Below, one piece after another: positions 49,350 to 59,141 of a DNA stretch of 64,000 bases. Where the stretch lies: assembly GCA_001800605.1 (NCBI GenBank), contig MGVS01000070.1, positions 2,910 through 66,909 on the forward strand. Reading direction: 5' to 3'. Positions within the stretch are counted from its first letter, which is position 1; every line of letters begins with the position of its first letter. Under the pieces are notes generated by a model. The model saw only the letters and a list, made by a program, of their open reading frames with translations. It was not told the origin of the DNA and made no database searches. The position numbers and the translations under genes are program-made. Source of the DNA: Elusimicrobia bacterium RIFOXYD2_FULL_34_15 (GTDB taxonomy: Bacteria; Elusimicrobiota; UBA8919).

Positions 49350-52070
49350 CTATTTCTTACCTTCAACAACTGCTTGTGCTGCAGCAAGTTTTGCGATAGG
49401 AACTCTAAATGGTGAACAGGAAACATAGTTCATTCCAACGCGATAACAGAATTTTACTGATTCAGGGTCACCGCCATGTTCTCCGCAGATTCCTATTTCC
49501 AAATTCTTTTTTGTTTTCCTGCCTCTTTCAATGCCAATCTTTATTAATTGGCCGATACCTTCGAAATCAATCGTTGCAAATGGATCACAAGGAAGTATAC
49601 CTTTTTCAAGGTAATCAGGCATAAATCCGCCTATATCATCCCGTGAAAAACCGAATCCCATCTGTGTTAAATCATTGGTACCAAATGAGAAGAATTCGGA
49701 AACTTCTGCTATCTTATCTGCTGTAAGTGCCGCACGCGGAACCTCTATCATAGTTCCGAATATAAAAGGGATCTTCTTAGTTCCAAATTTCATTGAAACT
49801 TCTTTATAAATATTTTCAAGAATAACCTTTTGATTTTTTAGTTCTTCTATCGTTGAAACTACGGGGATCATTATTTCCGGAATTATCTTTTTTCCCTCTT
49901 TTATAAGTTCTGCAGAAGCTTCATAAATTGCGCGAACCTGCATTTCAGTAATTTCAGGGAAAGTTACACCTAAACGGACTCCTCGGTGTCCCATCATAGG
50001 GTTGGACTCATGCAAAGCATCAGCCCGCTTGTTGAATTCTTCACTTGATATTCCTAAACTTGCCGCTAATTTATTCCTCTCATCCTCTCTCTTTGGAACA
50101 AATTCGTGGAGAGGTGGATCAAGTAACCGTACAACTACAGGGTATCCTTCCATAGCAGCAAGAGTTCCTTTAATATCACTTTTAACAAATGGGAAAAGCT
50201 CTTCTAATGCTTTTCTTCTTTCCTCTTCTGTATTAGAAATAATCATTTTACGTAATTTAAAGAGAGGTTCTTCCGAGTGTTTACCATAGAACATATGTTC
50301 AGTTCTGAAAAGTCCTATACCTTCAGCACCGAAAGATCTTGCTCTTTTTGCGTCATCAGGAGTATCTGCATTGGTTCTAACACCAAGTTTCTTTACTGAA
50401 TGGCATATTTTCATAAATTCCATAAAGTAAGGATTTTCTTCAGCAGCTTTTACCATAGGTAAATGACCCTTGTAAATATAACCTTTAGAACCGTTTAATG
50501 TTAGCCAATCTCCTTCTTTTAATACTATATCACCGATTTTCAATGTTTTTTCTTTGTAATCTACATGTATTTCACCGGCACCCACTATACAACATTTTCC
50601 CCATCCGCGAGCAACGAGCGCTGCATGAGATGTCATACCGCCCCGTGCAGTCAAAATTGCATTAGCAGCACGCATACCTTCAACATCTTCAGGGTTGGTT
50701 TCTTCTCTTACTAGGATTATATCTTTGCCTTCTTTTCTCCATTTTACCGCATCATTAGCGGAGAAAACAATCATACCGGTAGCACCGCCAGGACCTGCAG
50801 GCAGACCTTTTGCCAATGGTTTTGAATTTTTCTCAGAGATAGGATCTACTATTGGATGTAAAAGTTCATCTAATTGAGATGGAGTTACTCGCATTACCGC
50901 CATTTCTTTTGTAATGAATTTTTCTTTTACCATATCAACAGCCATTCTTACAGCAGCCGGTCCGTTTCTTTTGCCTACACGGCATTGCAGCATCCATAAC
51001 TTTCCTTCTTGTATAGTAAATTCAATATCCTGCATGTCTTTATAATGTTTTTCAAGTTTTTTTTCAATGGTATCAAGCTCTTTATATAATTCCGGCATGC
51101 TTGTTTCAAGTGAAGGGATATTTTTATTCTGTTCATTTTTTGCTTTTTCATTTAATGGATTTGGGGTTCTTATTCCTGCAACCACATCTTCACCTTGTGC
51201 ATTTACAAGCCATTCTCCATAGAATACTCTTTCACCTGTTGCAGGATTTCTTGTAAAAGCAACACCCGTAGCGGATGAGTTACCCATATTTCCGAAAACC
51301 ATCGCCTGAACATTTACAGCTGTTCCCCATTCGTCAGGAATGTTTTCTATACGCCGGTAAGATATAGCGCGTTTTCCGTTCCACGATTGAAAAACGGCAC
51401 CAACACCACCCCAAAGCTGTTCCATAGGATCTTCCGGGAAATCTTTGCCTAATACTTCTTTAACTTTATTCTTATAAATTTCAATTAATTCTTTTAGGTC
51501 TTCAGCTTTAAGATCTGTATCTAATTTCGCACCTCTTTTTTCTTTCATCTTGTGTAGTTCTTTTTCAAGTTGCTGGCGAACTCCCATACCATCTGCTGGT
51601 TCTATTCCTGCCGCTTTTTCCATAACTACATCAGAATACATTTGTATAAGACGGCGATGTGCATCATAAACAAATCTTGGATTATTTGTTTTTTTAATAA
51701 GTGCTTCACGGGTAACGTTATTTAAGCCGACATTTAAAACCGTTTCCATCATTCCGGGCATTGAACGTCTTGCACCGCTTCTAACGGATACTAATAATGG
51801 ATTTTCAGAATCTCCGAATTTATAGCCCATTATTTTTTCAACTTTTTTTAACGCATCTTCTACCTGTTTTTTCAGTTCAGGCGGATATTTCTTTTTATTT
51901 TTATAAAATGCCGTACAGACATCAGTTGATAGCGTAAAACCCGCCGGAACCGGAAGTCCGATTTTTACCATCTCTGCGAGATTGGCACCTTTGCCGCCCA
52001 AAAGATTTTTCATCTTTTCATTTCCATCTGCATGTCCCTTGCCAAAAAAATACACATACTTCTTTGCCAT
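49350..52070 (-). CDS. ppdK: Pyruvate, phosphate dikinase
   Basis: 906 aa. PPDK N-terminus MAKKYVYFFGKG...GGKGANLAEM, phospho-His domain GGMTSHAALVARGWGKCCIVG, PEP-utilising C-domain. Confidence 0.9.
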   Translation of the reverse strand: MAKKYVYFFGKGHADGNEKMKNLLGGKGANLAEMVKIGLPVPAGFTLSTDVCTAFYKNKKKYPPELKKQVEDALKKVEKIMGYKFGDSENPLLVSVRSGARRSMPGMMETVLNVGLNNVTREALIKKTNNPRFVYDAHRRLIQMYSDVVMEKAAGIEPADGMGVRQQLEKELHKMKEKRGAKLDTDLKAEDLKELIEIYKNKVKEVLGKDFPEDPMEQLWGGVGAVFQSWNGKRAISYRRIENIPDEWGTAVNVQAMVFGNMGNSSATGVAFTRNPATGERVFYGEWLVNAQGEDVVAGIRTPNPLNEKAKNEQNKNIPSLETSMPELYKELDTIEKKLEKHYKDMQDIEFTIQEGKLWMLQCRVGKRNGPAAVRMAVDMVKEKFITKEMAVMRVTPSQLDELLHPIVDPISEKNSKPLAKGLPAGPGGATGMIVFSANDAVKWRKEGKDIILVREETNPEDVEGMRAANAILTARGGMTSHAALVARGWGKCCIVGAGEIHVDYKEKTLKIGDIVLKEGDWLTLNGSKGYIYKGHLPMVKAAEENPYFMEFMKICHSVKKLGVRTNADTPDDAKRARSFGAEGIGLFRTEHMFYGKHSEEPLFKLRKMIISNTEEERRKALEELFPFVKSDIKGTLAAMEGYPVVVRLLDPPLHEFVPKREDERNKLAASLGISSEEFNKRADALHESNPMMGHRGVRLGVTFPEITEMQVRAIYEASAELIKEGKKIIPEIMIPVVSTIEELKNQKVILENIYKEVSMKFGTKKIPFIFGTMIEVPRAALTADKIAEVSEFFSFGTNDLTQMGFGFSRDDIGGFMPDYLEKGILPCDPFATIDFEGIGQLIKIGIERGRKTKKNLEIGICGEHGGDPESVKFCYRVGMNYVSCSPFRVPIAKLAAAQAVVEGKK

Positions 52071-52718
52071 TTACTTTGCCTCCCCTTCAGGTGAAACCAA
52101 TTTAATTAAAAACACGACCCTTCTATTTTTAGCCCGATTAATGTCTATATCATTAGAAACAAGCGGTTTGTGTTCGCCGTAACCAATTGCTGCGATTTTT
52201 TCAGGTGGTATTCCAACGTTATTAATAAGATATTTTACTACCGTAGTAGCACGTGCTGTAGAAAGCTCCCAATTGGATGCAAATTGCGAGGTTGCGATAG
52301 GAACATTATCTGTATGTCCTTCAACAACTAAAACATTATTTTTTAACGATATACCTTTTTTCAATGCAGGTGCGATTTTATCTATATAATTTTTCATCGC
52401 AGGGAGCAGTTCCGCACTACCTGATACAAAGAATGGAACGCTTTGTTGTTCTTCAAAAGTAATTTTAAGCCCTTCTTTTGTCATCTTTGCTTCACCGGCT
52501 ATTCCTGCTTCTTCCATGGTTTTTTTAACTTCAGCTGTTGCCTTTTGCATTGTACCTGATAATGCTGCAGACATAGCATACATCATTAAAAAGAAACATG
52601 CAATTTCTGTCATTAAATCTGCATAATTTACAAGCCATGGAGGCGCAGCATGACCAACCTGTGAAACTTTCGGGTCATTTTCTGCAATATATCCTCTTGG
52701 TGCTTTCATTATTGACAT
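52071..52718 (-). CDS. motB: Flagellar motor stator protein MotB (OmpA-like C-domain)
   Basis: N-terminal PPWLVNYADLMTEI (the TM carries the conserved Asp). C-terminal OmpA motif VVEGHTDN...NWELSTARA. Confidence 0.75.
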   Translation of the reverse strand: MSIMKAPRGYIAENDPKVSQVGHAAPPWLVNYADLMTEIACFFLMMYAMSAALSGTMQKATAEVKKTMEEAGIAGEAKMTKEGLKITFEEQQSVPFFVSGSAELLPAMKNYIDKIAPALKKGISLKNNVLVVEGHTDNVPIATSQFASNWELSTARATTVVKYLINNVGIPPEKIAAIGYGEHKPLVSNDIDINRAKNRRVVFLIKLVSPEGEAK

Positions 52719-52721
52719 ATT

Positions 52722-53501
52722 TTATTTTGATGTTTTTAACGTAAGACGTTGTGCCGGTTCAAGATAAGCTTTTAAATTTGACTCCATAATAATTGGGCTT
52801 ACTCCTGATTGTAAAAGTAACACACCACGTATAATAATTTCTTTTACTAACAATTCTTCTTCCGAACGCCGGCGTAATTTCCCGGCCATCGGATAAAATA
52901 AAAGATAGCCTGCTGATAGACCATAAAAAGCTGCAGCAAGTGCTAATCCCATTCTTTTCGGTACCATTGCAATATCATCAACACCGCTTAGAAGCAATAT
53001 CATACCTAAAACAGTTCCAATAATTCCAAATGCGGGTGAATAGGTGCCAAGAGAGTTAAAAATTTCCTGACCTACTTTATGTCTTTCACGAATAAACCCT
53101 ATTTCAGTTTCTAACATATTTCGAATAAATTCAGAATCAAATCCGTCAATAACAAGCTGTACGCCACGGCGCATAAAATCATTTTTTACATTTTTTACAT
53201 CACTTTCAAGTGATAAAAGTCCTTCTGTTCTTGCTTTTTTTGTAAAATCGACAAACGAACTGACAATTTCAGTTGTATCTTCTCCTGTTGTTAAAAGAAC
53301 TTTTTTTAAAACTCTTCGTAAACCCAAGACCTGACTTAAAGGATAGTTTACAAGAAGTGCACAAAAAGTTCCGCCGATAACTACTAAAAATGCTTCCATA
53401 TTTATAAATGGCAGAAAACCTTTCATTCCCTCTGCCAAAAAAATAGAAGCAAAAACAAATCCTAAAAATACGATTATGCCGGTTATCGTTGCTATATCCA
53501 T
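52722..53501 (-). CDS. motA: Flagellar motor stator protein MotA
   Basis: MotA/TolQ/ExbB family: 4 TM, GIIGTVLGMI. Adjacent to motB and flbD. Confidence 0.8.
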   Translation of the reverse strand: MDIATITGIIVFLGFVFASIFLAEGMKGFLPFINMEAFLVVIGGTFCALLVNYPLSQVLGLRRVLKKVLLTTGEDTTEIVSSFVDFTKKARTEGLLSLESDVKNVKNDFMRRGVQLVIDGFDSEFIRNMLETEIGFIRERHKVGQEIFNSLGTYSPAFGIIGTVLGMILLLSGVDDIAMVPKRMGLALAAAFYGLSAGYLLFYPMAGKLRRRSEEELLVKEIIIRGVLLLQSGVSPIIMESNLKAYLEPAQRLTLKTSK

Positions 53502-53514
53502 GTCCTATCTCCTA

Positions 53515-53700
53515 TTATTTATTAAAAATTCTTTTTTTAAATTCTACGATTCTATTTACGACTTCATCCGGTGTTTCCTTAACAATTATTTTTACTCCGG
53601 TTGTTAAAAGTATAGTTGTATTAGGATGACTCTCTATATTATCTATTAAATCAGGATTTAAATAAATCTCTTTATCGTTAAGCTTTGTCAATTTTATCAT
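53515..53700 (-). CDS. flbD: Flagellar FlbD family protein
   Basis: MIKLTKLNDKEIYLNPDLIDNIESHPNTTILLTTGVKIIVKETPDEV is the canonical FlbD sequence. Confidence 0.7.
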   Translation of the reverse strand: MIKLTKLNDKEIYLNPDLIDNIESHPNTTILLTTGVKIIVKETPDEVVNRIVEFKKRIFNK

Positions 53701-53780
53701 TCAAAGATTATACCATTTTTCAAACCGTTGTCAATCCTGTCAAATATATATATTATTTATATTTCAATATTTTACTTAAA

Positions 53781-54521
53781 TTACTTAGCGAGGTCAAGTC
53801 CTTGCTGACGGATTATTTCATAAAAAATTATTGATGCTGACATCCCGGCATTTAAGGATGATATTCTTGGGGTAATAGGTATTTTAACTAAAAAATCACA
53901 TTTTTCTTTAGTAAGTCTTTTTAAACCTGAACCTTCATTTCCAATCACAACTGCTATTTTCCCTTTTATTTCTTTTCCAGAAATATTTTCACCGGACATA
54001 TCAGCGCCATAGGTCCAAAATCCGTTCTTTTTTAACGTTTCAATAGCGTAGACGATGTTTGCTACACGTACAATTGGAATATGTTCTATTGCACCTGCCG
54101 ATGCTTTTGATGTGCCTGTTGAAATTCCTGCTGAAGATCTTTGCAGTACAATAATAGCATCTATACCGAAACATACAGCAGAACGGATAATTGTTCCTAG
54201 ATTTTGCGGATCTTCAATCTCATCTAAAATACATACTTTTGCATTTTCCTTTTCATTGACAAGATGCAACAACTGTTCAAAAGGCAAATATTCTTTGGGA
54301 GATACAAATGCAACCGTACCCTGGTTATTTGGAGAATAAGCGGTTAATTTATGTGAATCTACAAATTGAACCGGTACATTTCTCTTTCTTGCAAGAGCTA
54401 TTATTTTATCGACAATTTCGCCTTCGTAATGTTTGGAAACAAATAATTTTTTAAATTTTCTTCTGCCTGCGCTTAATGCTTCAAAAATAGGATGACGGCC
54501 GTAAATAATTTCAGTATTCAT
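53781..54521 (-). CDS. rlmB: 23S rRNA (guanosine-2'-O-)-methyltransferase, SpoU/TrmH family (RlmB-like)
   Basis: SpoU_sub_bind N-domain plus SPOUT motifs LDEIEDPQNLGTIIRSA and VIGNEGSGL. Confidence 0.8.
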   Translation of the reverse strand: MNTEIIYGRHPIFEALSAGRRKFKKLFVSKHYEGEIVDKIIALARKRNVPVQFVDSHKLTAYSPNNQGTVAFVSPKEYLPFEQLLHLVNEKENAKVCILDEIEDPQNLGTIIRSAVCFGIDAIIVLQRSSAGISTGTSKASAGAIEHIPIVRVANIVYAIETLKKNGFWTYGADMSGENISGKEIKGKIAVVIGNEGSGLKRLTKEKCDFLVKIPITPRISSLNAGMSASIIFYEIIRQQGLDLAK

Positions 54522-55915
54522 AGTTTAATTATCCTTGTCCCAGATTTTGTATCTTCGACTTCAAAACCCAATTCTTTCATTTTCTGCCTTATTTCATCTG
54601 AAAGTTTCCAGTTTTTATTTTTTCTTGCTTGCTCTCTTTCTTCAGATAATTTTAAAATATTTTCAGGTATTTTTAATTCTTGTTCAAATGATAAACCAAG
54701 AATATCGCAAAGTTTCAATAGCTTGTTACGGTATAATACTATCCAGTCTTTTGCACCTTTTTTATTTTCTAAAAAGTCATTATAAAAGCCATTTAACATA
54801 TTTACAATTCCGTGAATCATAGCTAGTGATTCAGCGGTATTAAAATCGTCATCCATTGAATTTTCAAAATTTTGAATATAGTTTTTAATAGTGGTATCAT
54901 TTATATGATCAGCAGTGCCGTCAGGTAAAATATTTTTTGTTTTTTCCAAAATATTCAATATTCCAAAATATGTATTTTTAGATTGTTGGAGTTTTTCTTG
55001 CGTAAAATCGAGCGGTTGCCGGTAATGCTGAGACAAAAGCATATATCTTACGACCATCGGTTCGTATTTTTCAAAAATCTCCCTTAATGTAAAAAAATTC
55101 CCGAGTGATTTTGACATTTTTTCTTTATTAATTGTGACAAACCCGTTATGTATCCAATATTTAACAAATTGTTTTCCAAGAGCTGCTTCTGACTGTGCAA
55201 TTTCATTTTCATGATGCGGAAAAATAAGATCCTGTCCTCCGCCGTGAATGTCAAATGTATTTAAACCAAATTCTTTTAATGACATTGCGGAACATTCAAT
55301 ATGCCATCCTGGACGTCCCTTCCCCCATGGACTATCCCATGAAGGTTCACCGTCTTTAGCTTTTTTCCAAAGAGCAAAATCTAACGGGTCTTTTTTTTTC
55401 TCACCTGGTAAGACTCTTGCGCCGACTTTTAAATCTTCAATATTTCTTTTTGAAAGCTTACCATAATCTTTAAATTTTCTAACTTGAAAATATACATCAC
55501 CGTCTACAACATATCCATAACCATTGTCAATAATTTTTTTAATAAATTCTATTATCTCAGGAATTTTTTGTGTAACTCTTGGATAAGAATCAGCATCCAC
55601 AATATTAAGCTTTCTCATTTGTACAAAATAATCATCGATATATTTCTGAGCAAGCTCTGAACTCTGAATTTGCATCTCGTTACTTCTGTTTATAATTTTA
55701 TCATCTATATCAGTAAAATTCTGTACATATTTTACAGTATAACCTTTATATTTTAGATAACGGCGGATAATATCAAAAACAACGTAGCATCTTGCATGCC
55801 CGAGATGTACTTCGTCATAGGGTGTTATACCGCAGACATACATATTGACGTTATTATCAGACAATGGTTTGAATTCTTCTTTTTTACCGGAAAGAGTATT
55901 ATGAATTGTTAGCAT
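54518..55915 (-). CDS. cysS: Cysteine--tRNA ligase
   Basis: HLGHARCY (HIGH), KMSKSLGN, and Zn-binding C/H residues. Confidence 0.95.
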   Translation of the reverse strand: MLTIHNTLSGKKEEFKPLSDNNVNMYVCGITPYDEVHLGHARCYVVFDIIRRYLKYKGYTVKYVQNFTDIDDKIINRSNEMQIQSSELAQKYIDDYFVQMRKLNIVDADSYPRVTQKIPEIIEFIKKIIDNGYGYVVDGDVYFQVRKFKDYGKLSKRNIEDLKVGARVLPGEKKKDPLDFALWKKAKDGEPSWDSPWGKGRPGWHIECSAMSLKEFGLNTFDIHGGGQDLIFPHHENEIAQSEAALGKQFVKYWIHNGFVTINKEKMSKSLGNFFTLREIFEKYEPMVVRYMLLSQHYRQPLDFTQEKLQQSKNTYFGILNILEKTKNILPDGTADHINDTTIKNYIQNFENSMDDDFNTAESLAMIHGIVNMLNGFYNDFLENKKGAKDWIVLYRNKLLKLCDILGLSFEQELKIPENILKLSEEREQARKNKNWKLSDEIRQKMKELGFEVEDTKSGTRIIKL

Positions 55916-55918
55916 GAA

Positions 55919-56203
55919 TTAATTGTTTTCTTCGGCTGATTCATTAACTGAAGAATTTTTAAACCTGTTCAATTCGGATTTGAGTTTTATATATTGTACT
56001 GTAAGAACAAATAACATTGATATTAAAATTATAATTACTGTTATCAGCCAGAAGTTTTGATTTATTCTGCCCAACGCAAAACCGAAAACCCCCGCGAAAG
56101 TAGTTGTTAACCACTTGGGTGAATTATCCCACAAATTTTTTCCGTGTGTGTTCATGAACACTTTACCTTTGTTTAAAGTAGCTTCTAATCTTTCCTTATC
56201 CAT
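55919..56203 (-). CDS. Small 2-TM membrane protein, paralog A of the WD(N/S)SPKW(L/F) family. Start set at the ATG giving MDKERLEATL.
   Basis: ...GKNLWDNSPKWLTTTFAGVFGFALGRINQNFWLITVIIILISMLFVL. The ORF-track extension to 56230 runs into the ispF-tail repeat. Confidence 0.45.
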   Translation of the reverse strand: MDKERLEATLNKGKVFMNTHGKNLWDNSPKWLTTTFAGVFGFALGRINQNFWLITVIIILISMLFVLTVQYIKLKSELNRFKNSSVNESAEENN

Positions 56204-56204
56204 T

Positions 56205-56306
56205 TTTAATAATACATACAGCGCAGGCACAGATTGCTTTGCCTTTACCGATGCCCCCCACCCGTTCTCTTGTTGTTGCCTTGATGCTTATATTTTTTGT
56301 TTTTAA
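56205..56306. repeat. Partial duplicate of the ispF 3' end, copy 1, about 100 nt. It reads in frame as IKATTRERVGGIGKGKAICACAVCIIKNG*.
   Basis: ttaataatacatacagcgcaggcacagattgctttgcctttaccgatgccccccacccgttctcttgttgttgccttgatgcttatattttttgtttttaaagcc, compared with the native ispF tail at 59150-59255. Confidence 0.8.
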
Positions 56307-56328
56307 AGCCAATATTTAATATATTTAA

Positions 56329-57474
56329 TTATTCTAAATAATTTTCTTGAAATTCATCAAAACCATCAATTTTTGTAAAATCAATATTAAAATTATTTTT
56401 ATCTATTTTTGTTATTCTAACACTATCAATTCCTATTATTTTTAACTTTTCATATGTTAGTAGTTCGTCTTCTTTTAATTTTAGAACTTTTCTTAAAAGC
56501 CAATCTGAAAGAGCATTATTCGGATTTGTCATCAATGCTTTTGAATTTTCCTGACAAACTTTTGCATTTAATATTTCACCAGTAGGAATATGTAAATTAA
56601 ACGATTTATCCCTTGGTGGCAAAAAATTAGGAAAGTTTTTGTGAATTTGGATTGGAATGGGAATATATACTTCTCCCGAGTCTCTTTTTCTACCACCGGC
56701 ATTCCACTGATTTAAACCGCTTTTTTCTGCAACTACTTTGTTATTTTTTTTACTTTCTCTTAATGAATATAAAGGTAAAATTATATAATCTTCTCCTGGA
56801 ACTTCTGAGGTAGGTTGTTTTATATCAATTTTTCTAAACAAAGTTAAAATTAACTCATAAGGATCTTCTAAAATCTGTATTGGTAGGTCAATTGAGTTAG
56901 TAGGAATTTCAAATTTTTTAAATAGAGTACTTTTTGAAAAATTAAAAGAATATTCATTTTTTATATCATTAAACTGAATACCTGCTATTGAAGATTTTAT
57001 ATTTCTTATTTTATTTTCATCAATTAATTCATAATCAGTTTCAAATATTTTTAGTATTTTTTTTCCACGAGCAATACAATGATAAATGGAATTTTCAACA
57101 CCATATGTTCTTATAGCAAATTTAATTCTTTCGTTTCTTAAATTAGATAAACGCAGTACTAATTTTGTATTGTCTAAATTTCTTAATTCTTTACTAAAAG
57201 CATTGAATTCGGCAATCTTTTCAATCGCATATTTTCCTTTCACGGTAAAAGTTTTTAATCCGATGCCGATATTATCTTTTTTGGCATCAAATGCTAAATC
57301 ATCTCTTGACAGGTTATCAGCATTGAAAGATTTACAAAAGATATTCTCTGCTACTCTATAATATAGATAAGGAACTTCATTGTCACTAAACAATTTTGAT
57401 AAAGAACAAATTGCTTTTAAATAGTTAAAATAAAGTTTTTTAGAATTATCTGGTTGTGATGAAATGAATATCAC
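56329..57474 (-). CDS. Putative type II restriction endonuclease (family not recognised). A possible PD-(D/E)xK core lies in the N-terminal region.
   Basis: 381-aa ORF overlapping the 3' end of the adjacent MTase gene by 29 nt, a typical R-M arrangement. N-terminal D...FDAKK. No similarity to housekeeping families. Confidence 0.45.
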   Translation of the reverse strand: MIFISSQPDNSKKLYFNYLKAICSLSKLFSDNEVPYLYYRVAENIFCKSFNADNLSRDDLAFDAKKDNIGIGLKTFTVKGKYAIEKIAEFNAFSKELRNLDNTKLVLRLSNLRNERIKFAIRTYGVENSIYHCIARGKKILKIFETDYELIDENKIRNIKSSIAGIQFNDIKNEYSFNFSKSTLFKKFEIPTNSIDLPIQILEDPYELILTLFRKIDIKQPTSEVPGEDYIILPLYSLRESKKNNKVVAEKSGLNQWNAGGRKRDSGEVYIPIPIQIHKNFPNFLPPRDKSFNLHIPTGEILNAKVCQENSKALMTNPNNALSDWLLRKVLKLKEDELLTYEKLKIIGIDSVRITKIDKNNFNIDFTKIDGFDEFQENYLE

Positions 57475-58402
57475 TTTGATAAGTCTCCTTTAGTGGTAAT
57501 TGATTTTCAATTGTTTTTTTCGAATTTAATATTCTTTCTTCTGCCAAATTACAAAATTTTTCATTTATTTCAAAACCAATATAATTTCTATTTGATACTA
57601 TACTTGCTATGGCAGTTGTACCACTTCCCATAAAAGGGTCTAAAACTATATCGTTTTCTTTAGAAGTTGTTAAAACCAAAGGTTTTATTAGTGACTCAGG
57701 ATAAGATGCTTGATGTTCTCCAAAAGGTTCTATTCCGCATCTTATTATATCTCTGTGATAATTAAGCTGTTTTGCCATATTTAAGTCAAAATAATATTTT
57801 CGTGATTTTACAAAATGAAAAATATGTTCATAAACAGGATATCTTCTATCAGGTGAATAAGAGGGAACAGGATTAGGCTTTTCCCAAATTATTTTATTGC
57901 GTAAAATCCAACCTTGTTCTTGCATTCCCATTGCAACTCTTTCAGGTAACATTAAAAGTTGTTTATATTGTAAATATTTTCCATTGGGCTTTGCAATTTT
58001 ATGTTCTTTATAATGTTTATCTGTTTTTCTTGCATATTTTCCTTTATTTCGCACAAATCCTTTTGTACCAAAATATACATCTCCAATATTTAAATAAAAA
58101 GACCCTTCTTTATTTAAAACTCTTTTTAATTCATTACTATATTTTAATAAATTTGTGACATATTCTAATGGATGCTCTTCTCTTCCAAGAGTTTCATTCC
58201 CGTAGATCCTGCATCCAAAATATGGTGGACTTGTAATAATTAAATTAACAAAATTATCTGGCAATTCTTTTATTAATTTTAAAGAGTCTCCACAGATGAT
58301 TTTATTAACAAAATCAATCCCATTTTTATTGAGATTCTTTGTATCATAAATAACAATATTATTTTTAAATAATAATTTTTTTCTTTTTTTCTTTTTATAC
58401 AT
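57446..58402 (-). CDS. DNA methyltransferase, beta-class amino-MTase (N4-cytosine or N6-adenine)
   Basis: Motif IV SPPY precedes motif I DPFMGSGTT. ParB-less type II solitary-size enzyme, 318 aa. Confidence 0.85.
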   Translation of the reverse strand: MYKKKKRKKLLFKNNIVIYDTKNLNKNGIDFVNKIICGDSLKLIKELPDNFVNLIITSPPYFGCRIYGNETLGREEHPLEYVTNLLKYSNELKRVLNKEGSFYLNIGDVYFGTKGFVRNKGKYARKTDKHYKEHKIAKPNGKYLQYKQLLMLPERVAMGMQEQGWILRNKIIWEKPNPVPSYSPDRRYPVYEHIFHFVKSRKYYFDLNMAKQLNYHRDIIRCGIEPFGEHQASYPESLIKPLVLTTSKENDIVLDPFMGSGTTAIASIVSNRNYIGFEINEKFCNLAEERILNSKKTIENQLPLKETYQSDIHFITTR

Positions 58403-58404
58403 TT

Positions 58405-58605
58405 TTAAAAATCTAACTCTTTTTTATAACTTATATTTAAAACTAAAACAATAGACAATACTATGATAAGAACTAAAAAAATTATGCTTATCCAAAATGG
58501 TGGACCTGCTTGAATTTTGGATAATATAGCTGTAAAAATTATAGCAACAATGGTAATAAACCATTTAGGTATTTTATACAAGATATTCTTTGCCAAGTTA
58601 CTCAT
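58405..58605 (-). CDS. Small 2-TM membrane protein, paralog B of the SPKW family
   Basis: MSNLAKNILYKIPKWFITIVAIIFTAILSKIQAGPPFWISIIFLVLIIVL. The ORF-track N-terminal extension (KAKQSVPALYVLL) is the ispF-tail repeat read in another frame. Confidence 0.4.
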   Translation of the reverse strand: MSNLAKNILYKIPKWFITIVAIIFTAILSKIQAGPPFWISIIFLVLIIVLSIVLVLNISYKKELDF

Positions 58606-58607
58606 AA

Positions 58608-58672
58608 TTGTTATTAATAATACATACAGCGCAGGCACAGATTGCTTTGCCTTTACCGATGCCCCCACCCGT
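58608..58672. repeat. Partial duplicate of the ispF 3' end, copy 2, about 65 nt. 58 nt are identical to copy 1 apart from a single-C indel.
   Basis: taataatacatacagcgcaggcacagattgctttgcctttaccgatgcccccacccgttt. Confidence 0.8.
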
Positions 58673-58676
58673 TTTT

Positions 58677-59141
58677 CTAAAACTTTAGTTCTTTTTTGAC
58701 AAATTCCAGAGCTTCTTTAAGATCAAATTTTTTACAATCTTCATTCATCAGTTCTCTAATACTGTTTCCGACATCGCAGGAAAAATGCGCTCCGAATCCA
58801 TAAGTTTGAGGAAAATATTTCATTTGTCTAGGTTCTCTACAACAAGTACAATATGGTCTATTATCGATTGTTTTTTTATTATAATTTATCAACCATTTTA
58901 CGCCAAATCTTGAAATAAATTCTTTTTTATCTTTTCTTTGAGTTATTTGTATATACTTCTTAGTTTTGAAATATAAAACAATGAATACAAATAAAGCAAA
59001 AACTAAAATTATAATAGCTATAATCGGCCAGAATAACTGACCTTTTTTAATTTTTAAGATAGTGGTTGTTAAAATTGCTGTAAAAAGTACAAGCAACCAT
59101 TTTGGGGAAGAATCCCATATATTTTTAGCCCACTTAATCAT
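58677..59141 (-). CDS. Small 2-TM membrane protein, paralog C of the SPKW family, with a C-terminal Cys-rich (Zn-ribbon-like) domain
   Basis: MIKWAKNIWDSSPKWLLVLFTAIL..KKGQLFWPIIAIIILVFALF. C-terminal CTCCREPRQ...HFSCD. Its ATG overlaps the ispF stop (ATGATTAA). Confidence 0.45.
   Translation of the reverse strand: MIKWAKNIWDSSPKWLLVLFTAILTTTILKIKKGQLFWPIIAIIILVFALFVFIVLYFKTKKYIQITQRKDKKEFISRFGVKWLINYNKKTIDNRPYCTCCREPRQMKYFPQTYGFGAHFSCDVGNSIRELMNEDCKKFDLKEALEFVKKELKF

Noticed and set aside
56204-56230. ORF-track N-terminal extensions of small membrane proteins A and B (MPALYVLLK..., MGASVKAKQSVPALYVLLITI...; the B extension lies at 58606-58668)
   Set aside because: Both extensions are the ispF-tail duplicate read in a different frame. 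Downstream ATGs sit exactly at the pseudo-ispF stop overlap, mirroring the native ispF/paralog-C junction.
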